64,000 bases of DNA from an uncultured bacterium (GCA_963695335.1 OY968764.1:32001-96000); one strand, 5' to 3'; shown: positions 21,154-31,029, counted from the first letter of the stretch. Notes: generated from the sequence alone by a model not told the origin. Numbers and translations are program-made.

Positions 21154-22567
21154 GAAAACACAAAAATTTGTGAATGCAATGCAAGGCTCAGAATTTGCAA
21201 GCGTGACACAATCACCAAAATTTTTGGCTCTGCTGCAAAAACCAGAATTTTGGGCTATGATGCAAACACCGCAATTTCAATCTTTTTTAAAGGCACTAGA
21301 GTTTCATCAACAAAATCGCAATCTAAAATCATACGCTCACATACAAGAAACATTGGAAGATTTATTAGAAACTGAAGCACTCGAAGATCTTTTTCACACT
21401 GGAATATTTTCAGATTATATACGTATAAAACATCATATCATGAAAGAAATAGACGAGTATAAAGAATATCAAGGCGCAAAACAACTTTATACTGAAGGCG
21501 GTCTAACTGAAGACATGGTTGATGATTGTAAAAAAACATTACGCAACACACAAGCATATAAAGAGCTCATAGATGCTGCAAATGCAGAAATGTTTCCTGC
21601 GCATAAGAATATTGCAAACAAAACATCTAAAATATTCTCAGCTGATAACGATAGCAATACAACAACTGCATCATCTACCACTCAATCGCAACAAAGCATA
21701 AATCCTTGCAACTTTCAAGATCCTGCAAATGATGAAACTGCAGCTTTTTTAAGTATGACTCAAACACCGCAGTACCAAGCTTATGCCCAAGCAACAAAAC
21801 TTCATGAAAAACATAATACTCTTGAAACAAAAGGACTCTTAGAAGAAGCTTTGGGCCTTCTGATAGAAACTCCAGAATCAAAACTTTTGCTCCAACTAAA
21901 AGAGCAACAAAAAGCAGAGGCCAACAATGCTCAAGAATACTCAGATCATGTATTAACAAAAAATCTTGCCATGGAACAAACACCGGAATACAAACAATAT
22001 CAAGAAGCAAAACTAGCCTATGAACAAAATCCCAATGAAGATACAAAATATATGGTTGATCTCTGCAAAGCTGAACTACGCAGCACAAGAGAAGGTCAAG
22101 AATGGCTGCATGCAACAGACCAAGAACAACATGTCACAAATAACATTGTCAACTCTGAAAAATGGAAAAGAGAGCAACAATATCCAAGGTTTCAGGACAA
22201 CACATCAATCATAGAAAATAGAAATAATGCATGGCTAATAGTTCAAAACACAAAAGAATATCAACGTTTTAGTCAAGCAAAGTTAGATCATGAACGCTAC
22301 AACAATGAAGACACTTTATACCTTGTCAAAGAACACCAAAAACTTGCCAAAGAAACTCCAGAATATAAAACTTACTTTGCGCTTGAGCAACAACGACGTG
22401 CAATAACAGGGGAACCTCGAACAAATAATAGTAACAACGATTGTTTTATTCAACCTAAAGGTCCAAAAATAGATATCCCATTAACATCGCCTAACAACAA
22501 CTATTCACCGAGAGAAACCTGCGTGCCTCGAGAGATACAATTGCAACTGACGAATAACAAAAAATAA
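21068..22567 (+). CDS. Secreted helical-repeat hypothetical protein (499 aa)
   Basis: Signal peptide ...IRA|MEH; recurring TP(E/Q)Y(K/Q)xYxxAK motif. Confidence 0.8.
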   Translation: MNIKKIITLSLILAINLSNIRAMEHPNSEKTQKFVNAMQGSEFASVTQSPKFLALLQKPEFWAMMQTPQFQSFLKALEFHQQNRNLKSYAHIQETLEDLLETEALEDLFHTGIFSDYIRIKHHIMKEIDEYKEYQGAKQLYTEGGLTEDMVDDCKKTLRNTQAYKELIDAANAEMFPAHKNIANKTSKIFSADNDSNTTTASSTTQSQQSINPCNFQDPANDETAAFLSMTQTPQYQAYAQATKLHEKHNTLETKGLLEEALGLLIETPESKLLLQLKEQQKAEANNAQEYSDHVLTKNLAMEQTPEYKQYQEAKLAYEQNPNEDTKYMVDLCKAELRSTREGQEWLHATDQEQHVTNNIVNSEKWKREQQYPRFQDNTSIIENRNNAWLIVQNTKEYQRFSQAKLDHERYNNEDTLYLVKEHQKLAKETPEYKTYFALEQQRRAITGEPRTNNSNNDCFIQPKGPKIDIPLTSPNNNYSPRETCVPREIQLQLTNNKK

Positions 22568-22586
22568 CTTTTATTTTCTTCAATAA

Positions 22587-22616
22587 TTGCTTCTGATTCC
22601 ATCCCCCTTGTATAAT
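22587..22616 (+). promoter_or_regulatory. Sigma70-like promoter
   Basis: TTGCTT-18 nt-TATAAT upstream of 22657. Confidence 0.55.
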
Positions 22617-22656
22617 CAACACAAAATAAACTGACAAACCAAAAGGGGGATGGTTT

Positions 22657-23034
22657 ATGAATATTCACAATCTATCATGCTTATTTCTTTTATCTCTTAG
22701 CTCCTTACTACACACCAGCCCATTCGCTACACGTCTTATGCTCACTAATACAGAAGAAACAAAACAATCTCATACAGATCACCTTTTTATACAAGCAAAA
22801 AAAAGCGCTGACGACTATATCAATGCACGTAGCCAATGTTTACAAACACATGATTGCATAACTAACAAAGAATATAGAAACGCAAGGAAGTTGGTTATAT
22901 CTTCTATCACAGATTTGATCATTCATATAGATACATATGACGATGATGATGCTACTCATACTCATGAAAAAAATGAAGCTGAAAATATCAAAAATCAGCT
23001 CATACAATTACTAGAGAGTACAGATAAAAAATAA
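22657..23034 (+). CDS. Hypothetical secreted protein (125 aa)
   Basis: GGGGGA RBS, hydrophobic N-terminus. Confidence 0.7.
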   Translation: MNIHNLSCLFLLSLSSLLHTSPFATRLMLTNTEETKQSHTDHLFIQAKKSADDYINARSQCLQTHDCITNKEYRNARKLVISSITDLIIHIDTYDDDDATHTHEKNEAENIKNQLIQLLESTDKK

Positions 23035-23050
23035 GTGTGAAATCAGCTCA

Positions 23051-23160
23051 TTTCAGAGTACTTCAGTGTTACTTCAGAGCTCACCAATATAATCGATCTG
23101 GTCGTGTTTATAAAACATTCAACTCTGAAGTCAACTCTGAAGTCAAAGCATTTCAGAGTT
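23051..23160. repeat. Cluster of six TTCAGAG-like boxes in both orientations
   Basis: TTTCAGAGT, CTTCAGTGT, CTTCAGAGC, AACTCTGAAGTC x2 in tandem, TTTCAGAGTT. Confidence 0.65.
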
Positions 23161-23174
23161 CATAGCTAACTATA

Positions 23175-23203
23175 TTGATATCCGTCATAGACTGTAGTAT
23201 CAT
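23175..23203 (+). promoter_or_regulatory. Sigma70-like promoter
   Basis: TTGATA-17 nt-TATCAT upstream of 23242. Confidence 0.6.
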
Positions 23204-23241
23204 CTTACACAAAAAAAGTCTCATCAAAAAAAGGATCTAAC

Positions 23242-23769
23242 ATGTCTTTCTCAAAAATATCATTATTTTTATTATTGTGGTCCACAAATTACTCTTGCAT
23301 AATTGCTATGGATAAAGCTGCTGCCATAGTAACAACACAAGAATCTATTCAACAAAAATTAACAGCTCTAGATCTTAATATCTTAGCAATATTAAAGCAA
23401 TTAAGATTAGTAGAAAAACAAAAAAATCAAGATCAGTTAGCGTATGATAATTATTACGCAACCTGGCAAGAGGAAAAATCTAAAGCTTCATGTTTTGAGT
23501 GTCTTATGGGAAAACCTGAATTTGATCATAATGCACCTGAAGTGCGTAATTACAAGGGGCGCCTTATACTACGCGCTGAATCAATCCATCCTACCATATA
23601 TGGTAACGATGGCTCAGAAGGGAAATATAATGCTCTCAGGTCAAAATTATCAAGAAACCAAACTATCTCTTTTAAATATCAACATGATTTTGAACTAGGA
23701 AAAAGACATCAAGATCTCGAATTTTTACAATTAATAGAAAAAGATTTGCAAGATCATCTTAATTCTTGA
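23242..23769 (+). CDS. Hypothetical secreted protein (175 aa)
   Basis: AAGGA RBS; signal ...IIA|MDK; coiled coil; CxxC. Confidence 0.75.
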   Translation: MSFSKISLFLLLWSTNYSCIIAMDKAAAIVTTQESIQQKLTALDLNILAILKQLRLVEKQKNQDQLAYDNYYATWQEEKSKASCFECLMGKPEFDHNAPEVRNYKGRLILRAESIHPTIYGNDGSEGKYNALRSKLSRNQTISFKYQHDFELGKRHQDLEFLQLIEKDLQDHLNS

Positions 23770-23811
23770 TGTACCTTGCTGGTTTGTAACTGATAATTAA
23801 TGTAATCAAAC

Positions 23812-23844
23812 AAAAGAGAGCTGGGTAAACACTCAGCTTTTTTT
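23812..23844 (+). terminator. Intrinsic terminator
   Basis: GAGCTGGGT/ACTCAGCTT followed by a T run. Confidence 0.65.
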
Positions 23845-23931
23845 ATTTTTCATAACAATTGATTCTTATTACCATCCCACGCTAAGCTAGAAGCATGAAA
23901 ATAAATAATCATTAACTCATGAGATGTAATC

Positions 23932-24201
23932 ATGAAAAAACATTCTTTTATAACCCTTGTCATCAGCGCGCATATTCTCATCATCTTTTTGCAAATACAT
24001 AAGCACACGCTGTTTATAAAAAATAGTTACAATCACCAGCAGTGCGAAAAAAAGTTAGCACTGCTGCAAGAAAAAAAACAAACATTAACACAAGAACTGT
24101 ATGCGCTCAAAGATCGTGATAATATTAAAAAATACGCACAAGATAAACTCAAGATGCGTCCATATGCTCTCAACCAAGTTAAAAAGTTACAAACATCATG
24201 A
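23932..24201 (+). CDS. FtsL-like cell division protein
   Basis: Single TM helix, coiled coil, IKKYAQDKLKM motif; ATGA overlap with the downstream PBP gene. Confidence 0.65.
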   Translation: MKKHSFITLVISAHILIIFLQIHKHTLFIKNSYNHQQCEKKLALLQEKKQTLTQELYALKDRDNIKKYAQDKLKMRPYALNQVKKLQTS

Positions 24202-25832
24202 TACACAGCTTTAAGTTCCGCTCAACACTTGTTTTCTTCTTTTTTACCATGCTCTACGCAGCAGTTGGCATCAATTTATATGTAATTCAAATTAAACAGC
24301 ATGATTTTTATAAAAAATTAGCAGATCAGCAGTATCACGTGACCATCACACAAACACCACTGCGTGGCCCAATTTTTGATAGAACTGGTCGTAACTATCT
24401 TGCAATGAACAAAGATTATATTGCTGCATTTATTTTGCCCACACAGATGAAAGATAAAAAACGTACATTCACATTTTTAAAAAAACATTTCCCACAAACA
24501 ATTGCACGTTTTAAAAACTATAAACATAAACATTTTATGTTCATCAAACGGAGACTTTCTCCAGAAGAAATTGAACTCATCAAATGCGAAAACAGTCCTG
24601 ACATCTTCTTACTTTCTGAACCAGGCCGTTATTACCCTCTTGCATCAGCAAGCCCTCTTGTGGGGCTCACGAGCATTGATAACAAAGGCCTTCTTGGTAT
24701 TGAATTACTGTATAACAATTCCCTTGCAGGCCAACCAACCACATACCACTTAGACAAGGATGCGCGCTCTGGGTATTATTACTTTAAAAAAGAGACAACG
24801 GTGCAAGGAGATCTTGGCCAACCATTATATCTGACTATCGATGCAGATTTACAATTCTTGGTTCAAGAAGCTGTGCAACAAACTGTTGATAAATTCCATG
24901 CAAAAGAAGCGGCTGTTATTATTATGAATCCACAGAATGGTGAAATTATCACCATGCTTTCATACCCTTATTTTGATCCTAATAATCCACAAAGCACTAA
25001 TCAGGAAAATTTTAAAAATAAAATTGTTGTTGATGCTCATGAGCTTGGCTCAGTGATGAAAGTATGCGCCGCACTTGCTGCATTTGAAGAAGGTGTTGTA
25101 ACTCCTGATGAACTGATTGATTGCAAAGATAGCCTCACCACACAGATAGATGGCCGTACCATCAACACCGTACAAGCACATGGTATTATTCCATTCAATG
25201 ATGTTATTGCATTTTCAAACAATATTGGTATCGCCATTGTTGCAAAACGGTTAAACGACTCAATCTATGACCATTATAAAAAGTTGGGCTTTGGAACTAA
25301 AACTGGCATCGAATTCCCGGGAGAAAATAGTGGCTTTGTTAATCCTCCGGAACATTGGTCAAAACAATCAATTATTTCACTCTCTTATGGATATGAAGTT
25401 TCTATGACGTTGCTGCAACTTGCTTGTGCATTTTGTACTATTGCAACGGGACACAAAGTACATCCTATCCTTGTCGTAAATCAATGTGTTCCGCAGGAAA
25501 CACAACAGATTTACTCAGATGCCTCCCTCAACACCATCAAAGAAATATTAGAAAGAACAACCTTAAAAGGCACCGCACGCAGAGCTGCAATAAAAGGGTA
25601 TCGCATCATGAGTAAAACAGGAACTGCAAACATGCTCATTGATGGAAAATATGATCCCAATAAAAATATTTACACCTGTGCAGGAATTGTTGAAAAAGAT
25701 GATTATCAACGGGTTATTGTAACATTTGTTAAAGAAGCCCAGCAAAAAAATATGTATGCATCAACCGTTGCTGTGCCTTTATTTGAGGCTGTCGCAGAAC
25801 GTATGCTTATTCATGATAAAATAATTTCTTGA
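24198..25832 (+). CDS. ftsI: Class B penicillin-binding protein (FtsI/PBP3-like)
   Basis: RGPIFDR, RYYP, GLLGIE; catalytic SVMK, SNN and KTGT motifs; follows an ftsL-like gene. Confidence 0.85.
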   Translation: MIHSFKFRSTLVFFFFTMLYAAVGINLYVIQIKQHDFYKKLADQQYHVTITQTPLRGPIFDRTGRNYLAMNKDYIAAFILPTQMKDKKRTFTFLKKHFPQTIARFKNYKHKHFMFIKRRLSPEEIELIKCENSPDIFLLSEPGRYYPLASASPLVGLTSIDNKGLLGIELLYNNSLAGQPTTYHLDKDARSGYYYFKKETTVQGDLGQPLYLTIDADLQFLVQEAVQQTVDKFHAKEAAVIIMNPQNGEIITMLSYPYFDPNNPQSTNQENFKNKIVVDAHELGSVMKVCAALAAFEEGVVTPDELIDCKDSLTTQIDGRTINTVQAHGIIPFNDVIAFSNNIGIAIVAKRLNDSIYDHYKKLGFGTKTGIEFPGENSGFVNPPEHWSKQSIISLSYGYEVSMTLLQLACAFCTIATGHKVHPILVVNQCVPQETQQIYSDASLNTIKEILERTTLKGTARRAAIKGYRIMSKTGTANMLIDGKYDPNKNIYTCAGIVEKDDYQRVIVTFVKEAQQKNMYASTVAVPLFEAVAERMLIHDKIIS

Positions 25833-25857
25833 TATAAAATTCTTAGGAAAAAAATAG

Positions 25858-26778
25858 ATGAAAAATCAAACTCATTGCCTTGTACCAGCAGATGTTCCAG
25901 AAAAAAAACGTGATACATTTATAAAAAATTATACAAAAATCACTCGCAACACCGGCCGCCTTTTTTTATTTTCATGCGATCACAAAATAGAACATCTTAA
26001 TGAAAATTTTTATGGTCCAGGCATCAGCCCACAAGCAATTCATCCCGAACATCTTTTTCGCATTGCATCACAGGGTAATATTGGTGCAATGGCAACTCAT
26101 TTGGGCCTCATTGCACGGTATGCACAGCAATACTCATCAATACATTATATCGCAAAACTCAATGCTAAAACAAATCTAATACCCACACAACAACACGATC
26201 CCAAAAGTGATTTATTATGGACGGTTGATGATGTAGTGAGTATGTGTCACAACAATAACAATATAATGATCCCAGGAGTTGGCGTTACCATTTATCTTGG
26301 CAGTGAATACGAATCAGAACAACTTGCACAAGCAGCTACTACCATTGCACATGCACATAGTGAAGGTCTTGTTGCAATTGTGTGGATGTATCCACGCGGA
26401 AAAGCAATTACACATGAAACTGATCCCAATCTTATTGCAGGTGCTACAGGAATTGCTGCATCACTTGGTGCTGATTTTGTAAAAATAAAAACACCTGCAG
26501 CAACAGATATTTCTACATCAGTGCAAAATCTTAAAATTGCATGCGCAGCAGCAGGCAACACCAAAGTTATCTGTGCAGGTGGTGAACAGATGAAACCAGA
26601 AGAATATCTGAAAACAGTCTATGATCAAATTCACAATGGCGACAGTGCTGGCACAGCAACAGGACGTAATATTTTTCAACGTTCGCTCACTGAAAGTATT
26701 GCATTAACACAGGCAATCGCTGGAATTGTGTACGATAACGCAGATCTCAAAACAAGCATATCTTTGTTATCCTCTTGA
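25858..26778 (+). CDS. Class I (DhnA/FbaB-type) fructose-bisphosphate aldolase
   Basis: DHKIEH, WMYPRG, LGADFVKI, AGG, GRNIFQ. Confidence 0.88.
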   Translation: MKNQTHCLVPADVPEKKRDTFIKNYTKITRNTGRLFLFSCDHKIEHLNENFYGPGISPQAIHPEHLFRIASQGNIGAMATHLGLIARYAQQYSSIHYIAKLNAKTNLIPTQQHDPKSDLLWTVDDVVSMCHNNNNIMIPGVGVTIYLGSEYESEQLAQAATTIAHAHSEGLVAIVWMYPRGKAITHETDPNLIAGATGIAASLGADFVKIKTPAATDISTSVQNLKIACAAAGNTKVICAGGEQMKPEEYLKTVYDQIHNGDSAGTATGRNIFQRSLTESIALTQAIAGIVYDNADLKTSISLLSS

Positions 26779-26828
26779 ATTTATCCTCATCCTGTCCTAA
26801 GCTAGAAAAAAAATAAGGATAATGTTGC

Positions 26829-28265
26829 ATGAAAAAATATCTCCCACTGCTCGTGTCTCTCTTTTTTATTGCCCCAAACAACGGCTATGACCGTGATGTG
26901 TATGCACACTCTTTTATGTATACCAAACCTGCGTATTATGATGTTGTAATGGAACAAGCACTCTGGCACAACATTGCATACAATAAAAAAGGACCTATTA
27001 AAGGCGGCCTGCAAGCTGTTCCCTTCTTCCAACAATCTATGAGTCTTTGCAAAACGGCCAAATATTTTCTCATGAAAGGCAAAACAGAACTGCTTGTGGC
27101 TGGTGATAACACTCCTTTAATTTTAAACAGAGATATTCGCGCAGAATGGGTTAATCTACCATCCACATTTAGTGGTGTTTTATCACTGAACCCAAAACAG
27201 AAACAAGTCGGTCTATTTCTTGAATATCATCAAGATTTAAAAAATTGGTTTGATGTGATGATATTGCGTGATATGTACATCTCAGTGCAAATGCCCGTAT
27301 CAGAAACAGAAAATGATATTCATTTTACCCAAACAAATGTCATAAATCCTCAAGAACAGTTCCCGCAAGATATACTGCAAGCATTCAATCAACCATCATG
27401 GGAATTTAGTCGTATCACCAACTGCCAAAAAAAACGTGTTGGTGTTGCAGAGTTACGAGTAAAAGTTGGTACTTCGTACATTTCAGAAAATTATTTCCTC
27501 ATCAATTACTATTCAATACTTGGTATACCAACCGGTAATAAACAAAATGGTGAAATTATGTTTGAAGCGGTTAACGGTAATAATCACCATTTAGGGATTG
27601 GTGCCGGGCTTAACTTACAAGCACCGCTTAATCGCGATACAAGTTGTTGGGCTCTGTGTGCATTTCTTGATCTTGAATCAATGATTCTCATCAGAAATAA
27701 ACAGCACCGCACCTACGATTTACTCCAAAAACCATGGAGTAGATTTGTTCAAGTGAATTTACCAATTATTGAAGGCAAACCTTTTAATCTTGCAACAACC
27801 ACCAATCTACCCGGTGTTAACTTTTTTACACAAAAAATTTATGCAAAACCATTTAACGTTGTTGATTTTGCACTTGGCTGGCGCCTGAAAATAAACTCTG
27901 TAGAAGGTGAAATTGGGTACGCTATTTGGGGCCATCCAACAGAACGTACCAATCTTAATACACCAATCTGCCAACCATTTGGTATTGCAGGCAGCGCTCC
28001 CGGAAAAACAGCAAGCCGTAGTACCATTGCACAACAAGCACCAGATGATCTTGATTTTGTTGCTATTACACGATTTGATTTGGATCGATCAACGGGAGAA
28101 AGCAGCGGTGGATTTGTGCAGCGCGCTGTTGCAAGTTTAGGTTGGGTTAAACAAGGTGAAACAATTGATGGCGTTGTTGGTATCGGTGGATCAGTTGATG
28201 TTCCATTTGAAACATCGATATTACAACTTTGGAAAGTCTGGGGAAAAGTTTCATTAACATTTTAA
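26829..28265 (+). CDS. Hypothetical protein, probable outer-membrane beta-barrel (478 aa)
   Basis: Signal-like N-terminus, alternating amphipathic strands, C-terminal WGKVSLTF beta-signal. Confidence 0.6.
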   Translation: MKKYLPLLVSLFFIAPNNGYDRDVYAHSFMYTKPAYYDVVMEQALWHNIAYNKKGPIKGGLQAVPFFQQSMSLCKTAKYFLMKGKTELLVAGDNTPLILNRDIRAEWVNLPSTFSGVLSLNPKQKQVGLFLEYHQDLKNWFDVMILRDMYISVQMPVSETENDIHFTQTNVINPQEQFPQDILQAFNQPSWEFSRITNCQKKRVGVAELRVKVGTSYISENYFLINYYSILGIPTGNKQNGEIMFEAVNGNNHHLGIGAGLNLQAPLNRDTSCWALCAFLDLESMILIRNKQHRTYDLLQKPWSRFVQVNLPIIEGKPFNLATTTNLPGVNFFTQKIYAKPFNVVDFALGWRLKINSVEGEIGYAIWGHPTERTNLNTPICQPFGIAGSAPGKTASRSTIAQQAPDDLDFVAITRFDLDRSTGESSGGFVQRAVASLGWVKQGETIDGVVGIGGSVDVPFETSILQLWKVWGKVSLTF

Positions 28266-28286
28266 AAAATTATTAGGACCTTTTTT

Positions 28287-28673
28287 ATGAAATTTGCTTA
28301 CACCATACTATACGTACAAGACGTAGAATCGACTCTCAATTTTTATATCAAAGCTTTTGAATGTACGTTACGATTTTTGCACGAAAGTAAGACCTATGGT
28401 GAACTTGAAACAGGAAATACGACTCTTGCTTTTGTAAGCGAATCACTTGCAGAAAATAATATAGGTACATTTGAAAAAAATGATCTCAAAAAAAAACCCG
28501 CCGGTTTTGAAATAGCTTTTACTACCGATAATGTGGAGCATGCCTATGAACATGCATTACATTCAGGAGCACAAGCAGTTCACGCGCCGATACAAAAACC
28601 ATGGGGACAATTAGTAGCCTATGTCCGAGATATTAATGGTATTATCATTGAAATATGCAGCCCTTTGTCCTAA
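28287..28673 (+). CDS. VOC/glyoxalase family protein
   Basis: YTILYVQDV..FY..AF, YGEL.TG, KPWGQ.VAYVRD..G..IEI. Confidence 0.9.
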   Translation: MKFAYTILYVQDVESTLNFYIKAFECTLRFLHESKTYGELETGNTTLAFVSESLAENNIGTFEKNDLKKKPAGFEIAFTTDNVEHAYEHALHSGAQAVHAPIQKPWGQLVAYVRDINGIIIEICSPLS

Positions 28674-28679
28674 ATACTT

Positions 28680-28982
28680 ATGCCAAAAAATAAAACAGCT
28701 CTTCATTTAAATGATCTTATGAATATTGGAAAAGCAATGCTCCAAGATCTTCATCTTCTTAATATTCAAAGCATAGAACAATTAGCAAAAATGGATCCAG
28801 ACACGTTATACACAAATCTAGAAGTAATCACTAAAAAGCATCAAGATCCTTGCGTCTGGGATGTCTTTGCTGCTGCAATTCATGAAGCACGCACTGGTCA
28901 AAAATCTCCTTGGTGGAAATGGACCCCCATGCGAAAACAAAAAGAAGCATTACGCCCTTTATGCATCCATAAAAAGAAATAA
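28680..28982 (+). CDS. Helix-hairpin-helix protein, Cdd1/mitomycin-resistance-like family
   Basis: LxDLxNIGKA..DL..L, DPCVWDVF, PWWKWT. Confidence 0.75.
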   Translation: MPKNKTALHLNDLMNIGKAMLQDLHLLNIQSIEQLAKMDPDTLYTNLEVITKKHQDPCVWDVFAAAIHEARTGQKSPWWKWTPMRKQKEALRPLCIHKKK

Positions 28983-29005
28983 CCTGGCATATCACACAAG
29001 CTTTA

Positions 29006-29033
29006 TTGACCATGCCTTTTTTTGTGGTATTCT
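29006..29033 (+). promoter_or_regulatory. Sigma70-like promoter with extended -10
   Basis: TTGACC-16 nt-TATTCT preceded by TGn. Confidence 0.5.
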
Positions 29034-29276
29034 AAAATTAATATTCAATTAATTCCTGGGAAAGGAATCCCAACTATGAAAAGTTTAATTATCTCTAATT
29101 AGTCGTCTAAGCAGTATTATTTATATCTATTAGATGACGTCTTTATGTATTACCTTTTGCGCTTCTTACAGCGTTAAAGGTTATTTCTTAGTATTCCTAT
29201 TTTATTACATACATTCGTAAGGTATAGCTCCATGCATTGGAATAATTATGTATCTCTATTAATGGGATTAAGTATT

Positions 29277-30180
29277 AGATCTCTTTCGATTCTCTGAAAA
29301 ATAGATATATTTAATGGCTAAACTAAAAAAGGGAGGCCATGAAAATAGATCATTTAAAAAAGTTATCTGATGAACAATTTCGCCGGGTAGTAGGTGTAAA
29401 GAGAAACACCTTTGTTTTAATGTCTTATACTTTACATAATGCGCATATAATTAAAAAAGCGAAAGGTGGTCGTCCGAATAAATTAAGTTTAGATACCATG
29501 CTTTTAATGGCATTGGAGTATCTAAGAGAGTATCGAACTTATGCTGCTATTGGAGCTAGTTATGGGTTAAGTGAAAGTAATGCATATCAATCAATTCGAT
29601 GGGTTGAAAATGTACTGATTCAATGTAATGAATTTAAATTGCCTGGCAAAAAAGCTCTTACCAAAAGCGATAATGAATTTGAAGTAATTTTAATCGATGT
29701 AGCTGAAAGTCCAATTGAACGCCCTAAAAAAAACAACGGCAATTTTATTCTGGAAAAAAGAAAAGACATACTGTAAAAACTCAAGTGATTGTTGATAAAG
29801 ATACAGCAGCTATTATTTGTACTAGTTTTACAAATGGAAGAAAACATGACTTTCGTCTTTTCAAAGACTCAGGCGTTCATATAAATCCTGCGATTAACGC
29901 ATTAACTGATACTGGTTATTTAGGATTACAAAAAATTCATTTGAACACTTCTATGCCAAAAAAGAAAAGCAAAAAGCACCCTTTAACAAAGGCTGATAAA
30001 ATTAAAAATCAGGAAATATCAAAAGAACGTGTTTTGAATGAAAATGTTATAGGTAAAATTAAACGTTTCAAAATTGTCGCTGATCGATATCGCAACAGGA
30101 GAAAGCGATTTGGTTTACGTTTCAATTTGATAGCAGGAATATATAATTTTGAGTTAAAAAATTAGTTTCGAAAGAGGTCT
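29277..30180 (+). mobile_element. Insertion sequence, IS5-family (ISL2-like), ~904 bp
   Basis: Terminal IRs AGATCTCTTTCGA / TCGAAAGAGGTCT; flanking ATT (or TA) duplication; two-ORF DDE transposase. Confidence 0.9.
29339..30165 (+). CDS. Transposase, HTH + DDE, two ORFs joined by a -1 shift at the A8 run 29726-29733
   Basis: GGRPNKLS, LEYLREYRTY, IDVAE..IERPKK then QRQFYSGKKKRHTVK in the -1 frame, HDF, DTGYLG, ENVIGKIKRFKI. Confidence 0.88.
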
Positions 30181-30198
30181 ATTATATACTCGATAACT

Positions 30199-31023
30199 AT
30201 GTGTACTGAAAGTATAAAAAAAATGAATAATTCTAAAATATCTCACAATACATTGTCTCAATGGTTAAGTGATGTTAAAGCAGAAACAATTTCAAAAAAA
30301 GCTGGTCAACTCATCACCAATGATGTCTGTGGCTCTCCAGTAAGTATCGATTGGCAAATCACTGATATCCTATCGTCGAATCTTGCTGAATTTAAAAGAA
30401 ATGTGTGCGACTTGGCTGCTAAAGTAACAGCTACGATAGAAATACAATTTTTACATGCATACCCTGAGGCAGTATCTCAAGATGGATTTTTAAAGGCATG
30501 TGAACCTTTATTTGGACATGGGATAGAAAATATTGATTGGCAAGCAGTTGAAAAAACAATACAAACATCAATCAAACAATTTTATCTCATGGATATATCA
30601 AAATTTGGTGCTGACATTGTCGGTAAACTTGCTGATGATGTTTATTTTTTTGCATCAATTAAAGATCAAAAAACAGATAATTTACTTGGATTTATTATCT
30701 GTTCTATTACACCAGCATTGCCATATGGTAATATTAAAGTAATCAATATAGTAATTGCGCCAGAAGGGCAAAATCGTGAATTAGAAAGAATACTGTTGAG
30801 TTCTATTTTTGCTATAATTCCACAAGTACAACGTATATTCATTATTACTCGACCAACCAATAGCACAGCACTAAACGCATACAAAACATGTGGCTTTATA
30901 CAAGATGTAAATCCTATACAAGATCCAAATCATACAATTACAACAGAACATTTTGTTGTGTTTGAATATAAAAGCAATCAATGCAATATACTGCAAAACA
31001 TAGCTGAAACATTTACTGAATAG
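30199..31023 (+). CDS. GNAT-family acetyltransferase, original 5' end (29232-29276) cut off by the IS
   Basis: IVIAPEGQNRELERILL, N..ALNAYKTCGF motifs; in frame with MHWNNYVSLLMGLSI across the IS. Confidence 0.7.
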   Translation: MCTESIKKMNNSKISHNTLSQWLSDVKAETISKKAGQLITNDVCGSPVSIDWQITDILSSNLAEFKRNVCDLAAKVTATIEIQFLHAYPEAVSQDGFLKACEPLFGHGIENIDWQAVEKTIQTSIKQFYLMDISKFGADIVGKLADDVYFFASIKDQKTDNLLGFIICSITPALPYGNIKVINIVIAPEGQNRELERILLSSIFAIIPQVQRIFIITRPTNSTALNAYKTCGFIQDVNPIQDPNHTITTEHFVVFEYKSNQCNILQNIAETFTE

Positions 31024-31029
31024 ATTACA

